Counted from the first letter of the whole stretch, positions 34,511 to 45,881 are shown. The stretch is 63,841 bases of DNA, filler included, from Craspedostauros australis (GCA_030167865.1; 8 parts of 8 records of this genome joined end to end with filler, not necessarily neighbours in it), one strand, 5' to 3'. Program-made: numbers and translations. Notes: generated by a model from the sequence alone, not told the origin.

Positions 34511-36802
34511 ATGGCGACTATGCGCGGTGCTTGCAGGTTGAATAAGGCAACCGCATCTGCTCGTGTTGGCAGAACACCAAAGCCTCTCCGGTATGCGTCA
34601 TGCATCTTTCTACTTTGCTTCATGCACATGATGCCAGTTCCATCAATGCTTGTTGATGCTGCTGTGGCAACAACAGCAAGAGCAACGGAAACGGCGGAGA
34701 AGAAAGCAACCCCTCGGTACGCAAGGTTGTTGCGGAGAGGTTCGAACATCGTGTCAACGGAGGATTCGGAATATGGGAGCAATGCCCTCACCTCCGAACG
34801 TCCGCTGATTAAGCCTCCCGCCGATCGCAAGACCCGAAGGCGCACAAAGTTGACGGAGACATCCAGTTCATCCAAGGCCACCAAAGCACCATCAGCAACA
34901 ACATCAGCATCCAAGGATTCCAAGGCTGGTTCCAGCCTCAAGAATGCGAAGACATCGAGCGATTCAGCAGTGACATCTCATCCCACAGCCTCCGCAGCAC
35001 CAACACAGCCCGGGAACTCCGCAGCGCCGACGCAATTCGAACCCTCCGAGGCCCCCACGGAGTACAAACACACGAAGGCTTCATCGGTGCATAGCAAGAG
35101 CCCAAAGACGTCGAGCCAGCCAGCAGGTGCATCGTCAGCGAAGACGTCGAAGCAAACGTCTGCGTCGAAGTCGCCAAAGCATGAATCAGCGTCGAAGGCA
35201 CCCAGCAGCACCAAGACATCGAAGATGCCTGGGCTCAGCAACAGCGGAGATGAATCGCACGATGGAAACACGGACATCGAGGATGGCATTGACACTGGTG
35301 CGAGCTGCAAGACTTCGAAGACCAACAAGACGCAGCTGGGATGTTCCACGCACTCTCCCACATCGAAGCCGTCTCAACTGCCATCCGCCTCCATCGCCCC
35401 AAGCTCCATGCCAAGCTCGAGCAACACTCCGAGTTATCAGCCAACCAGTGTACCAACTGCAATGCCGACTGCATTGCCGACTGCCATGGTATCGCAAAGT
35501 CCAACCCATATTGAGTCGACCAGTGCCCCTTCATCGGCACCAACGCAGAGCACAGCTCCCAGTACAGCGCCTTCCACCACTCCGACCCTCAGCACCATGC
35601 CGTCAAGCGCTCCCACTGACCAACCGACTGCATCTATGGTGCCAACAGTCGACGTCGTCGACACGATCGTGGATCCTGACAACAACGGTGACAACCTCCC
35701 TCTGATCTCGCAATGCCTGCAATCCCCAGCCGACTTGAACCTGGCTGGGAGCATGGCCAATCAGTCGCTTGCGTATGAAATGAACGTTTACCTCAACAGC
35801 ACATCGATCGCCACAGGACCAGATTCGACCAGGGCGATCGGAGAACTCGAGAGCCGCATCCACGATGCCATGATCAACACCTTCATGGCATGCACGTTCC
35901 AAGCACCCTTTGGAATTTATCGACTGTCCTCCGAACCTCTGGATGTCCTTCGCGACGGGGTGACGTGCGACACAACCAACGACCCATCGGCTCCAGCTGG
36001 ATCCACCTGCGTTGTGGTCCGAGCAGGCATCACGATGGAAGTGTTCTTCCCCACCACGAGGCGAGGTCGCCGAGTACAGGAGGCTGAGTTTATCACCGAT
36101 GCATCGCCGGAGGTCCGCGAGGAATTCCAAGGATTCCTTCGCCCCACCATGAGCGACGGCGACTACAACAACGAGGACGTCGCGCAAATGAGCTTCCAAG
36201 GTTTCGTCAACGTGGCAGCGGACGGGCGGGACACGTCCGGCACTGACGACCGAGGCGGCAACATCGACGGAGCCATCGCCGATCCCATCTCCAGCGTCAG
36301 CCGTGACAACCAGTGGGTATCCGGCGCCAGCCTCGTCGGCGTGGCCGTGGCTCTGCTGGTACTCCTTCTCGTGGTCGTGATCCACAGGCGCAAGAGACGC
36401 CACGATGAATTCGTCAGGCACCTCGACGATTGCAGCGAGTCCAGCTTGGGGGTTGGCGACGGAGATGGAGGTTCAGGCGACAATCCCGCGAAGGGGGGCA
36501 TCGCGTCCATCGTGACGATAGGAGAAGATGACTCCTTGCTCATGGAAGACACGCTCAGCATCGAGCACCGTGATGGCAGCAGTGACATTGACTCATTCGA
36601 TGGTCACAGCGCCGGCAACGCATACGCGGACGTCCATGTCTGCTCTTCGGCAACCTGTGTGACGTGCCAAAACAACCGCATGCAACAGCCCATCTTCCTC
36701 CCCGCATCGACCAAGGAGGACATCCAAAAGGACCTCGGCATGGTGCAGGAACGTCGCTCGAGCCCCGAGACGACAACGACTCCAGATACCGTCCACTTGT
36801 AA
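34511..36802 (+). CDS. Type-I membrane Ser/Thr/Pro/Lys-rich (mucin/silaffin-like) protein
   Basis: Signal-like helix YASCIFLLCFM..VDA, KxxK-rich block, PT/PS repeats, Cys-containing globular domain, TM LVGVAVALLVLLLVVVI plus HRRKRR, then an acidic tail. Start codon uncertain (34418 or 34511). Confidence 0.85.
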   Translation: MATMRGACRLNKATASARVGRTPKPLRYASCIFLLCFMHMMPVPSMLVDAAVATTARATETAEKKATPRYARLLRRGSNIVSTEDSEYGSNALTSERPLIKPPADRKTRRRTKLTETSSSSKATKAPSATTSASKDSKAGSSLKNAKTSSDSAVTSHPTASAAPTQPGNSAAPTQFEPSEAPTEYKHTKASSVHSKSPKTSSQPAGASSAKTSKQTSASKSPKHESASKAPSSTKTSKMPGLSNSGDESHDGNTDIEDGIDTGASCKTSKTNKTQLGCSTHSPTSKPSQLPSASIAPSSMPSSSNTPSYQPTSVPTAMPTALPTAMVSQSPTHIESTSAPSSAPTQSTAPSTAPSTTPTLSTMPSSAPTDQPTASMVPTVDVVDTIVDPDNNGDNLPLISQCLQSPADLNLAGSMANQSLAYEMNVYLNSTSIATGPDSTRAIGELESRIHDAMINTFMACTFQAPFGIYRLSSEPLDVLRDGVTCDTTNDPSAPAGSTCVVVRAGITMEVFFPTTRRGRRVQEAEFITDASPEVREEFQGFLRPTMSDGDYNNEDVAQMSFQGFVNVAADGRDTSGTDDRGGNIDGAIADPISSVSRDNQWVSGASLVGVAVALLVLLLVVVIHRRKRRHDEFVRHLDDCSESSLGVGDGDGGSGDNPAKGGIASIVTIGEDDSLLMEDTLSIEHRDGSSDIDSFDGHSAGNAYADVHVCSSATCVTCQNNRMQQPIFLPASTKEDIQKDLGMVQERRSSPETTTTPDTVHL

Positions 36803-37122
36803 AATGCTAGCGTGCATCTGTCTTGTACTCACTCGTGTTGTGAAGATGCAATGCCCATGAATGATAAGCCATACTCTATGTCAGTGTGTGTGTCCAAGTA
36901 ACGATAGAATATTCAAATGGAACTATTATAGTACTCTATCAATACAGGCCTCCGCTCTCTCTCTGTCTCTCTCTATTTTAGCACAGAGTCTTGGTACAAA
37001 CCAAGATCCTGTTCGTGACACGATGGGCGGGTTTCCATTCGATTAACTGGACCTACACGTGGAAACAACGGAACACTCTGTACTCTGCGTGACGATCAAT
37101 GTATCAATACTAGGGAGATATC

Positions 37123-37267
37123 GCATGTAATTTGATGAGTCCCAGGGTCCAAAATAACCTGATAGAGACATTTCTTTGGGGGGGTGGATGAGAATTTCGC
37201 TTCTTCAAATTACATGCCATGTCAAACGAAANTTTCGTTTGACATGGCATGTAATTTGAAGAGTCCC
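37123..37267. repeat. 30-bp perfect inverted repeat around a single N, plus an imperfect 21-bp direct repeat
   Basis: 37202-37231 is the reverse complement of 37233-37262. gcatgtaatttga(t/a)gagtccc occurs at 37123 and 37247. Confidence 0.9.
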
Positions 37268-37628
37268 GCCAAATACGAACTCCACGCGTAACGTATGAAC
37301 GCCGACATTTCTTTCTCCAATCATATCGTCTGAAGTGGTTGCGGTTCGCATCTTCGTTGTTCTTGGAATAGCCTAGCCTCCTTCACGTTTTACGCCTTGT
37401 GCGAACGTTTTTGTTGGCACACGGCGACATCAAACAAAAAAGAGGACGACGACACCCATACTCCATCTGGAAAAGGTCTCGTGGCATCACATCGGACTTT
37501 TGTTGCATCTGATTTGGATTTCCAAACACAACAGCATCCAACCTGCCTGACCTCCATCTCTCATCTTACTACATTCCAGCCGTTTCACCTTCTGACTTTC
37601 AAGCAATACCCCACACCATCGAACCACC

Positions 37629-38350
37629 ATGGCATCCCCCTTCCAGCCTAGTCTCCTTGGCATGTTATCCTCTGATGACAGCGATGAAGCCAACAGCATC
37701 ACACCGACAGGCACTTCGGCTGCCACCTTGACAGTCGCTGGTCCTGTTTCTCCCTTCAAATCCGTCCAGGGTGTCTCTCGTGACTTCTCCTTGGGCAAGA
37801 AAGCAACAGGGCCCGTTGTCTTGCCCTGCGGACTACTGGACGAGGGAGGCGACACTGGTGCTTGTAACTTTGCGTCATCAGTTGGGGGATCTGTCTCAGA
37901 CCTTCCTTCGGATACTCGACGTCGCAATTCCAGAAGCGCTGCAAGGGCCTACCGTGCTGTTGCCGCTTCCACAGCCTCTGCTGCAGAGAAAGACGTGGGA
38001 TCCCTTGTCCTCCATGCCAGCCTCAACAATAGCCCCAACCCCAAATCATCAGGCATCGCCATGGCTTCCACCACCGCCAAGCCTCGTGCAAACTCCAAAT
38101 CTCCGTCCAGCACCAAGAAAATTGCAAAAGGGAAACCACGTGTGTATCTCTACCTGGAGTACTGTGTGGACGATCCTCCCTTCTACCCTTGGTTGGAGAC
38201 ACCCAGGCCCATTGATTCAACCATGATGGCCTACATCTGGGCAAACGACCCCAAGCCATGGTTGGCTCCATCCGGTCAATACTGGAAGGCGGTGAGCAAT
38301 CATCTTTTTTCAAAGTCAGTGTTGCGATTGACGAAGCCTCCTCGGTCAAG
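37629..38350 (+). CDS. Hypothetical ORF truncated by gap, possibly transposon-associated
   Basis: 240 open codons; low-complexity N-terminus followed by a Trp-rich segment (KPWLAPSGQYWKAVSNHL). Confidence 0.4.
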
Positions 38351-38450
38351 NNNNNNNNNNNNNNNNNNNNNNNNNNNNNNNNNNNNNNNNNNNNTTAATT
38401 AATTAANNNNNNNNNNNNNNNNNNNNNNNNNNNNNNNNNNNNNNNNNNNN

Positions 38451-40257
38451 TCCAAGTGCGTATGAGAGAATAACGGGTGAACGATGCACATATACACGTA
38501 CATCTTGATATATACTCACATGTACATCTCGACATGGGTCCTTCGGCGGCGCATGGCACGTTGCAGACCTGTATTTGTCCATGGCGCGGATGGCGATTGT
38601 CCTTGATGACAAGGTCCAGATGATGCACGGACAACGTGATGGTCTTTTTGGATTCCGCCGTCATCATTTGCTGCGGCACGAAGGATTCGACTTGAAATCC
38701 GTAAATCTTCGCACCGTGATCCTCATCCTCGTGCGAGGCCTGGCCCCCATCTTCCGACCGCGACTGCTTCCACTCCAGCGATCCGCTGATGCGTCCCAAA
38801 TTGTACTGCTGCTGCCGATCCCACGCCGTCGATTGCTGGCACACCTCCAGGGCCCGCATCTCGCGTTGCCGCCGCACGTGGAGCTCATCGCGCCGCGCTT
38901 GCGTCAAATTGTTTTGCAAGGTCGCGTTGAAATGATCCAGCAGCCGCGTGCTGACCAACTCGGACGACGTGTGATTGCGGCGCGCGGCCTGCAATGCGGG
39001 CGTCAGGAAGTTGCGCGTGTAACGTGGTGTGACGTCGAGGATGTGATCGATGCCCATGGCGATCATGTAGCACAGACCCTGCTTGCCCCAGCCGTGTTCG
39101 TACATGCCGGGTTCGTTGATGATGCCCTCGCAGCCGTCGGCCATGACCCACTCTTCCAACGAGGGAATGTAGCACTCCGTCCAGACGTGGTCCGTGACGT
39201 CCAGGACGTAGCGCGTCTCAAATCCCGCCGCGCGGCACGTGAGGCCGAATAGGTTGGCGTACTCCCCGCAACGGCCCTTGCGCGTTTCGCAGAGTTTGGT
39301 GACGTTGTTGTACCTTGGAAAGATGGTGTTGGTGGAGTTGCAGTCGCCGCAGCGATAGACCTCGACGCGGTTGGCCTGATGCATGCGCTCTTCCTGCGTG
39401 ACGGGGCCGCGTATCTTCTCCAGCTTGCAGTTGGCCGACCCGCAATCCACGCACGGCGGCGTGTTGACCCACGTCATGGACTGTTGGAACCACCGCACGA
39501 GGCGCTGCAGCGCGACCAGATGCGAATGACCCTTGTGCTGCTCGGCGACGGTGCCATCGAGGTCCGGCATGCCATGGCCCGTGCGCAGGAACTCCCACGG
39601 CAGCTCCTCGCGGCGTTGCTGCAGCAGCTCGGGACTCGCATCCCACGCTTGCACCGTCTCGTAGTTTCGCTGCAGGCGTTTGTAGAACTTGTCGTCGCGG
39701 TCGTTCGTCGTGAGGGGCGTGAGGCTCGCCATGCTGCTGTGCGTGCGCAGGATCTTGGCCAGATCGATCGCCTTTGGCTTCTCGTGCCCGTGAGTTGCAA
39801 TCTCTGCACCTGCTTGATTGTTGATATAATTGTTGGTATAAGGAGGCTCCGCAATGTTGTTGCCGCCTTCGCACGTGTTGAATCGATGGGGAGTTGCGGT
39901 GAAACCGATATGTGCGGAATGGACCGTGGAAGCTGTGGGAATGAAGTCGTGATGCGCCAAATGCGGCAGATGGCGCTGGCGTTGCCAAGTCGGCTGGACG
40001 AACTGCTGCAACCTCGAATTGGCCGGATTGCACTGCAGGACGATGCCGGTCTGCGCCTGCTGCGACCTGCGCGGGATCTGCTTGGCCTGGATCTCAAACG
40101 CGTCCAGCAGATCCAGTTCGGAGGCCAAGACTTCCTCCAAGGCCGGCGCGAATTCCGAGACCGATGCGGCCCGCAGTGCTGCGAACGATCTTGCACCGAG
40201 CGGAGCCAACAGCGATGCCAACGCAACGACGAGCGGCAGGGACGTGCACAGAAGCAC
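38451..40257 (-). CDS. PNG1: Peptide:N-glycanase (PNG1/NGLY1-like), partial; 5' end uncertain
   Basis: Zn CxxC pairs (PPCVDC, YRCGDC), FPRYN, catalytic GRCGEYAN / DHVWTE / ADGCE, YEHGWGK, DVTPRY and GRISGSLEW. First in-frame ATG is 39732. Confidence 0.92.
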
Positions 40258-40821
40258 GACGCCGACCCACGTCGTTCGAGTCGAAGACGACGTCAGCTTG
40301 GCAGATGGGACGGCCCAGCGAGAATAGAGAGGGAGAGGGGGAAATCGTGGCTCTTGCTGTCAGCGGTGCCTTCTTTTGTTGCTGAGACTTGCGTTTTTGT
40401 GCCCCTCTGCTTGCCTCACCTGGTATCGTCGCTGCTCCCTCTGTCCGTGTCACCCTTGCCTCGTACTGTGCTGTACTTGTGCTGCACTTGTGCTGCACTT
40501 GTGCGACCTGCTTCTGCGAAGATGATCCACGATGCAATCCGATGGCACTTTGGCGCGCTTCCTGCCTTTCTCGTTGTTGCGGATTCTGCGAGAATTGGTG
40601 GGTGGTGCCTTTCTCTCATGATGATGATTTTGTGCGTTGTCGTGTTCGCTTTCTGCGTCGGCATCTGTTCGATGTCTGTTGTCGCACTCGCGAACAACTA
40701 CTTCTGTACTTTCATTTTACGTCTAATATAACGAATCAAGCGAAAGTCCACTCCTACTGCTACTAATATGTTCATTATATGTACCTACAGTATCACATAC
40801 ACACCACACAACCTCCTCTAC

Positions 40822-42327
40822 TCAGTCTTGCAACTTCAACCCCCGCGCGAAATGTGTCATGTACGCATCAAAGGGAACCCCCGTCTTGACGTCAACGAAG
40901 TTGGCGTACTTCGCAATGGCGGCCAACTTGGCATTGTATTCCTCGTCCGACACGGCCAGCACGGCCTGCAACGACGCATGGAACGTCTCCGGCGTCGAGA
41001 CGTTGACGAAGAAGCTCATTTCCTCGAACGGCGCGAATGGCGGCATGAGGTCGTACTGTTCCATCAACGTGAAGAGGGGCACCGTGCCGCTGGCGACCGT
41101 TTCGAAGGGGCGGTGGGCGCCGACGTCATCGCCGCGCACGTGGAGACCGAATTTGGCGTCGGCGAGGTAGGGACACATGTCGCCTTTGCCGCAGACGTCG
41201 TAGGAGTAGTTGCCGTCCTTGAGCCAGTTGCAGACGTTGCTGCGATCGCGGAAGTTGGGATCGTGCGGTTTGAGGCTGGCGATCATGGCGAAATCGGCAT
41301 TCTTTTGGCCCGGCGTTGTGGGTTTGCAGCCGTCCTTGTTGGCGATGTAGAGATGCGGCATTTCCAAGCGCGGGGGTAGTTGGCTGTTCTCACGTCGTTG
41401 CGCGAAGTTGTGGAACGTGATGCGGTTGCACAGCATCAGATTCTCCAGGTCCATGAAGAACGGGCCGATGTTTTGCGTCAAGTAATGCGACAGCACGAGG
41501 ATGTGGTCCGCGCCCTTGGATCGTTGGAAGTATTCGGAGCGCCCCAGCGCCTGATCGACCCAGTCGAAGCCCACATGCGGCGACACCGTCTTATCGAAGC
41601 ACGTCTTGCCATCATGGATGCAGTAATATCGATTATACCAAATGAAGGAATCGCACAGCGCGTTCATCAACGTCGGCACGAAGAAGAGCTTGGCCTCCTC
41701 GGGATCGTGCGTGCGCATGGGATGCACCAGCGCGCTCTGCAGCAGCCAGTAGTCGTCGGCGTGCTTGAAGTACGTATACCACGATCTGCCGATGGGCTCG
41801 CCGCACGACGTCATGTTGGCCATGTTGAGCTCGTTGTCGTAGACGTAGAATGGGACCTTGAGATCGAGCGTCACATCGGGATCGTACTGCACCGTGCGCG
41901 GCTCGTCGTATTCCGTACCGAGGCAGTACCTGTCTATCCTCGTCTCCGTGCGCACGGGCAGCCTTTCTGTGGGTGCTTCATCGCTCGTCTGCTCGGCGGT
42001 CTCTGAAGGAACAGCGGCAGCATTGGCGGTTTCTGTGGCTGCAGCTGTGGCTGCGACTGTGCTTGTGGTGGTTTCTGCAACAACAGCCCCATCCACAATC
42101 GCATCGGCGGCATCCCTCGCGTCATCTGCTTTGATAGCATCCAACACAGTTGCATCGCGGGCAGACTGCTGCAGGGTATTCGTTGACTGCAGAGCGCGAA
42201 AAGGAGCCAGCATCCATCTCTCGCTGCTCCACGTTGCAATGGCAACAAGGACCAAACTGCATATCACCAGGCTGGCCTTCGTGCTTGCGGATCCCGTCAT
42301 CGTCGTCGTCGTCGCTGTCGTCGTCAT
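40822..42327 (-). CDS. Exostosin-family (GT47) glycosyltransferase, type-II membrane
   Basis: N-terminal TM anchor and Ala/Thr stem; motifs FYVYD, RTHDPEEAKLFFVP, RSKGADHILV, AKFGLHVRGD..HRPFE..SGTVP. Confidence 0.88.
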   Translation of the reverse strand: MTTTATTTTMTGSASTKASLVICSLVLVAIATWSSERWMLAPFRALQSTNTLQQSARDATVLDAIKADDARDAADAIVDGAVVAETTTSTVAATAAATETANAAAVPSETAEQTSDEAPTERLPVRTETRIDRYCLGTEYDEPRTVQYDPDVTLDLKVPFYVYDNELNMANMTSCGEPIGRSWYTYFKHADDYWLLQSALVHPMRTHDPEEAKLFFVPTLMNALCDSFIWYNRYYCIHDGKTCFDKTVSPHVGFDWVDQALGRSEYFQRSKGADHILVLSHYLTQNIGPFFMDLENLMLCNRITFHNFAQRRENSQLPPRLEMPHLYIANKDGCKPTTPGQKNADFAMIASLKPHDPNFRDRSNVCNWLKDGNYSYDVCGKGDMCPYLADAKFGLHVRGDDVGAHRPFETVASGTVPLFTLMEQYDLMPPFAPFEEMSFFVNVSTPETFHASLQAVLAVSDEEYNAKLAAIAKYANFVDVKTGVPFDAYMTHFARGLKLQD

Positions 42328-42999
42328 GGTGATGATGCCGTTGCTTGTAAGCAGAATGGGGATGGAGGAGATACTTTTATGGAATCTCTCAATGGGGCCA
42401 TTGCGACTTGTGCAGGTGCATTCCTGCGCACGTTGTCAACAACATCAATCCAGCCGTTTTTTTTGGCGATTTTCAAACACAATGGAGTAGTATCGTTGTT
42501 CTCAGCATGATACCACGACATGGTTACTTCCAGATTCAGTCTTGTGTAATTATTCAGTCACGTATTTGACGCAAAGTTCTCCGGTTTCGGCGAAAACATG
42601 TCGTGTCGTCTCCGTCGTTGCTGTTGTTGTTGTCGGATGCAGAACCTCATTGGCGATCCAGGTCTGCTTGTCACCAAACCCACAAAGATGATCATCCTGC
42701 AACGTCGTGGTCAACGCGATCTTAGTAGGGTTGATGGATGTCGACTCTGATCACATGTTGCTGAGATGAGCGATGGGCGTAACAATGGAATGCAGGACCG
42801 AAGAGCGATCATGAACATGTTGACAGAATTCGATAGACTGCGACAGATTACGACAGATTGCGATGAAATGAAGTGAACCAAACAAAGTTGGCAGAGTGAT
42901 GTGTTGCTCACAATTTCCAATTCACTTGACTTTAGAAGCCAACCAGTTCAACAAACAAACACACACACACACATATAATACGTACACACGCAAACCGCC

Positions 43000-43470
43000 A
43001 TGTCTTACCGCACCCAACACCCAACCCAAGCCGACTTCCCCATCGGCGCCCAAGTGATCGTCAACTCCAGCCGCTTTCAGATGCGCCCCGCCATCGTGCT
43101 GCGCCATCCTGGCGGCGGAGGCAAGAGCCTGGATATCCGCTTCTTGCGCAACGACACGTGCCACGAAGTCGCCACGGTGCGCCTCTCCAGCTGCACGTTG
43201 GATCAACGTTGGGTGAAACTGGAGCAACGCCGCGCGCGCAAGTCTGCGAAGCAGAGTCCGATGAAGGTTACCAGCATCTCGGCGATGCAGTTCAGCAACA
43301 GCTCGGTGATGAGTAAAGCGTCGGTGCGCGCCGACCAAGACTATGCGGTGTGTCGCAAGATCGACGAGATCATCTGCGAGCATGTCGGCAATGGCATCGT
43401 GACGACTGCGGAGAAGAACAACTTCTTGAGCCGCGCTGAGCGTGTCATCGCGGCGCATAAGGCGCGATGA
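43000..43470 (+). CDS. Small hypothetical protein (156 aa)
   Basis: Coding-like codon usage, CA-rich leader and gccATG context. No family recognised. Confidence 0.65.
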   Translation: MSYRTQHPTQADFPIGAQVIVNSSRFQMRPAIVLRHPGGGGKSLDIRFLRNDTCHEVATVRLSSCTLDQRWVKLEQRRARKSAKQSPMKVTSISAMQFSNSSVMSKASVRADQDYAVCRKIDEIICEHVGNGIVTTAEKNNFLSRAERVIAAHKAR

Positions 43471-43814
43471 GCATAGTTGTGCTTGGATGACTGGATCATC
43501 CAGGGCGAGGCATTCCAATCTACTCCAATTGCAACGTTAAGATCACGCAACGAGGAGTTGGATACATCAATCATGGTTGAGCAACGGCAGCAGCAAGGAG
43601 AACCGCAGCGCCGTTATCAGCATGACTCGAGACCCTCAACAGCAACAGTAACAATCACATAATCAGTGCCAACGAACTGGCATGCCAACCAAGGTTACGT
43701 TACACTTAAAACTATACTAGAGTACTATCTTCAGTTCAATACACTCAACCCAACATTGCTTCCGTAAACTATCCATTCCTTTGTTCGTTCGCACGTTGTT
43801 GAGTACTTGACGAG

Positions 43815-44195
43815 CTACATTCCAAGAACAACGAATGAGGCCATCACCGCAAACAACCACGATGTCACCATGCGTGTCGCGTCCGATCCATCATTGCTGT
43901 CACTATCCGCATCTGGATTGCACCGCGATTGACCAGCCTGCAACTTGCGTCCCGCACCAGCGCACCGCGATGTCACATTGAAATCATCCGGCGCTTGCGT
44001 GGGTCCTTCACTGGACAATGTAGTCGGCGCCATCGTCGCATTGCCAGGTGCAGTCACGCGCGAACACACGGCATCGTCCGTCATATCAGTCGTCGGATAG
44101 GCATGTTTCGAACACACCGGCACGACCGATTCCGAGTCCGTCGTGAGGTCGTAGTTGGCGTTCTTCCAATCATTGACGCCGAGACCGTTGTAAAG
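43815..44195 (-). CDS. 3' fragment of a secreted, probably GPI/TM-anchored protein
   Basis: Frame is open from the linker; Cys residues, MAPT, RKL motif and hydrophobic C-terminus SWLFAVMASFVVLGM. Confidence 0.55.
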   Translation of the reverse strand, partial: LYNGLGVNDWKNANYDLTTDSESVVPVCSKHAYPTTDMTDDAVCSRVTAPGNATMAPTTLSSEGPTQAPDDFNVTSRCAGAGRKLQAGQSRCNPDADSDSNDGSDATRMVTSWLFAVMASFVVLGM

Positions 44196-45023
44196 NNNNN
44201 NNNNNNNNNNNNNNNNNNNNNNNNNNNNNNNNNNNNNNNTTAATTAATTAANNNNNNNNNNNNNNNNNNNNNNNNNNNNNNNNNNNNNNNNNNNNTGCGG
44301 TATGTTTTATGGCCTGTGGAATTGGCAACCCTGCGGTAGACCCAGGAGTGAGAGATCTAGGTAGGTCGTTCGAGCGCAGCCGGCCCGTCCGGGTTCGCTG
44401 TATGCCAGTGACGTTAAAGCTTTCGAGGCGACCCTCGTATGAGGGGATAATCTGTGCGTTATTATTATTATTATTATGTATGATACATCATTGCAGCCAG
44501 TATCTGTGCGAGGACGACAAATGCTGAGGCACCTCCAATTGTTCGCTTGCCGGCTTATCCGCTTATCCGTGACGTCTGTCTCATACGAGCTACAGCTTCC
44601 GACCTCCTCTTTGTTTGCGCTGTCCGAGGATGTCGGACAACCAGACCGATGACGGGATGGGATGATTCCGGCTGGCGCATCGCCTCCCAAAGAACTAGCG
44701 TGCGCGGTGAACATCAAATGGATTCAATGGCGGAAGCCCAAGTCACGATTGTGGAGACGAGAGTGTGGACGCATGACATCCACCGGGACCGAGCGATTCC
44801 ATCCTCTTGATTTATCCTGATGGGTCCTTTTGCATTCAAATCGACCGGGTGATTCATCGTCTTCTGACGGGGTGAAGATGTCCGTCTTTCAATATTGTTC
44901 GGCAAAGGATGGGTACCCACGGGCGGGGGCATCCACCGGTACGGAACGAATGCAATCTGGATTGTCGCGTGCCCCTTGATACTGTTGCTTGGGCCTGGTA
45001 CTTAGGTCTAGTGCACGCTGTAC

Positions 45024-45881
45024 TCAGCTTCCCACATCTGTCTCTTCCGTGAGGTGGGTGCTCGCTGTTGAATCTTTGCCGATGGTTGGGTTGAGGTGGC
45101 CTTCCTTGCTTGCATCCATCCTCCTCCTGACCTCGGTATATAGATCTTCCATGTCATCCGGAAAGGTTCGCATCCCATCTCTTTGCAATTGCTTGCCGCG
45201 GAACCACAAAAACAGTCGCCCTCGCCAGTTGTTGGGAACCAATGCAAAGGAATCGGCGATATGACAGGAACCATGCTCGTTGGCGTCACATCCTTGTTGC
45301 TGTTGTTTTTCGTCTGGCTGCACCTCATGCACCGTTTGTGTTGTAGTCAAAGTGCAGGACCTCACGGTCGTTGCCCATGATATTTCATAGCGATTGCTTT
45401 CCGAATCGACATCCACTCCCGTGATCGTGAGGATCGAGTTGTAGGTTTGGTTGCTACTCGCACCAAACGAAAATTTAGCTCTGTACTTGGAGCCCACTTG
45501 TACACGGTCGACGCGTCCTCTTGTGTTGCCCTCTTTGGAGGCTTCGAGCACAGTATCATCTGCAACACGGACTCTATGTGGAAGAGAATGAGCAGGAGCA
45601 GAGCTCTCTTTGACAGAAGCAACCCCGACATCAGGAGTCGATATGAGATCCATCCGTGTGCACAAGCGGAAGACTCGCGGATGACAGCTGAAGTCGGCCA
45701 GGACATCGAAAGCCACATCAGCTGGAATGTCCACGATCACGCAACCCACCATGCCCATGTGGTCCTTCGTCTTCACGAATGTCGTCGTCATGTTGCCCCC
45801 TGTTGCCGCATGTTGCTGACTGTTGTGCTGAAGGAGCTGCGTTTGAGCTCCTGCGCCAAAGTTCTTTTTGCGATTCGTCAT
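45024..45881 (-). CDS. SRPBCC/polyketide-cyclase-like (START fold) protein
   Basis: VIVDIPADVAFDVLADFSCHPRVF, VQVGSKY, beta-rich core and C-terminal helix DMEDLYTEVRRR. Confidence 0.65.
   Translation of the reverse strand: MTNRKKNFGAGAQTQLLQHNSQQHAATGGNMTTTFVKTKDHMGMVGCVIVDIPADVAFDVLADFSCHPRVFRLCTRMDLISTPDVGVASVKESSAPAHSLPHRVRVADDTVLEASKEGNTRGRVDRVQVGSKYRAKFSFGASSNQTYNSILTITGVDVDSESNRYEISWATTVRSCTLTTTQTVHEVQPDEKQQQQGCDANEHGSCHIADSFALVPNNWRGRLFLWFRGKQLQRDGMRTFPDDMEDLYTEVRRRMDASKEGHLNPTIGKDSTASTHLTEETDVGS

Noticed and set aside
25334..42327. Secretory/glycosylation gene cluster (HEATR5, mucin-like protein, PNGase, GT47)
   Set aside because: Spans an artificial linker, and these gene classes are common. 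No shared regulatory signal seen.
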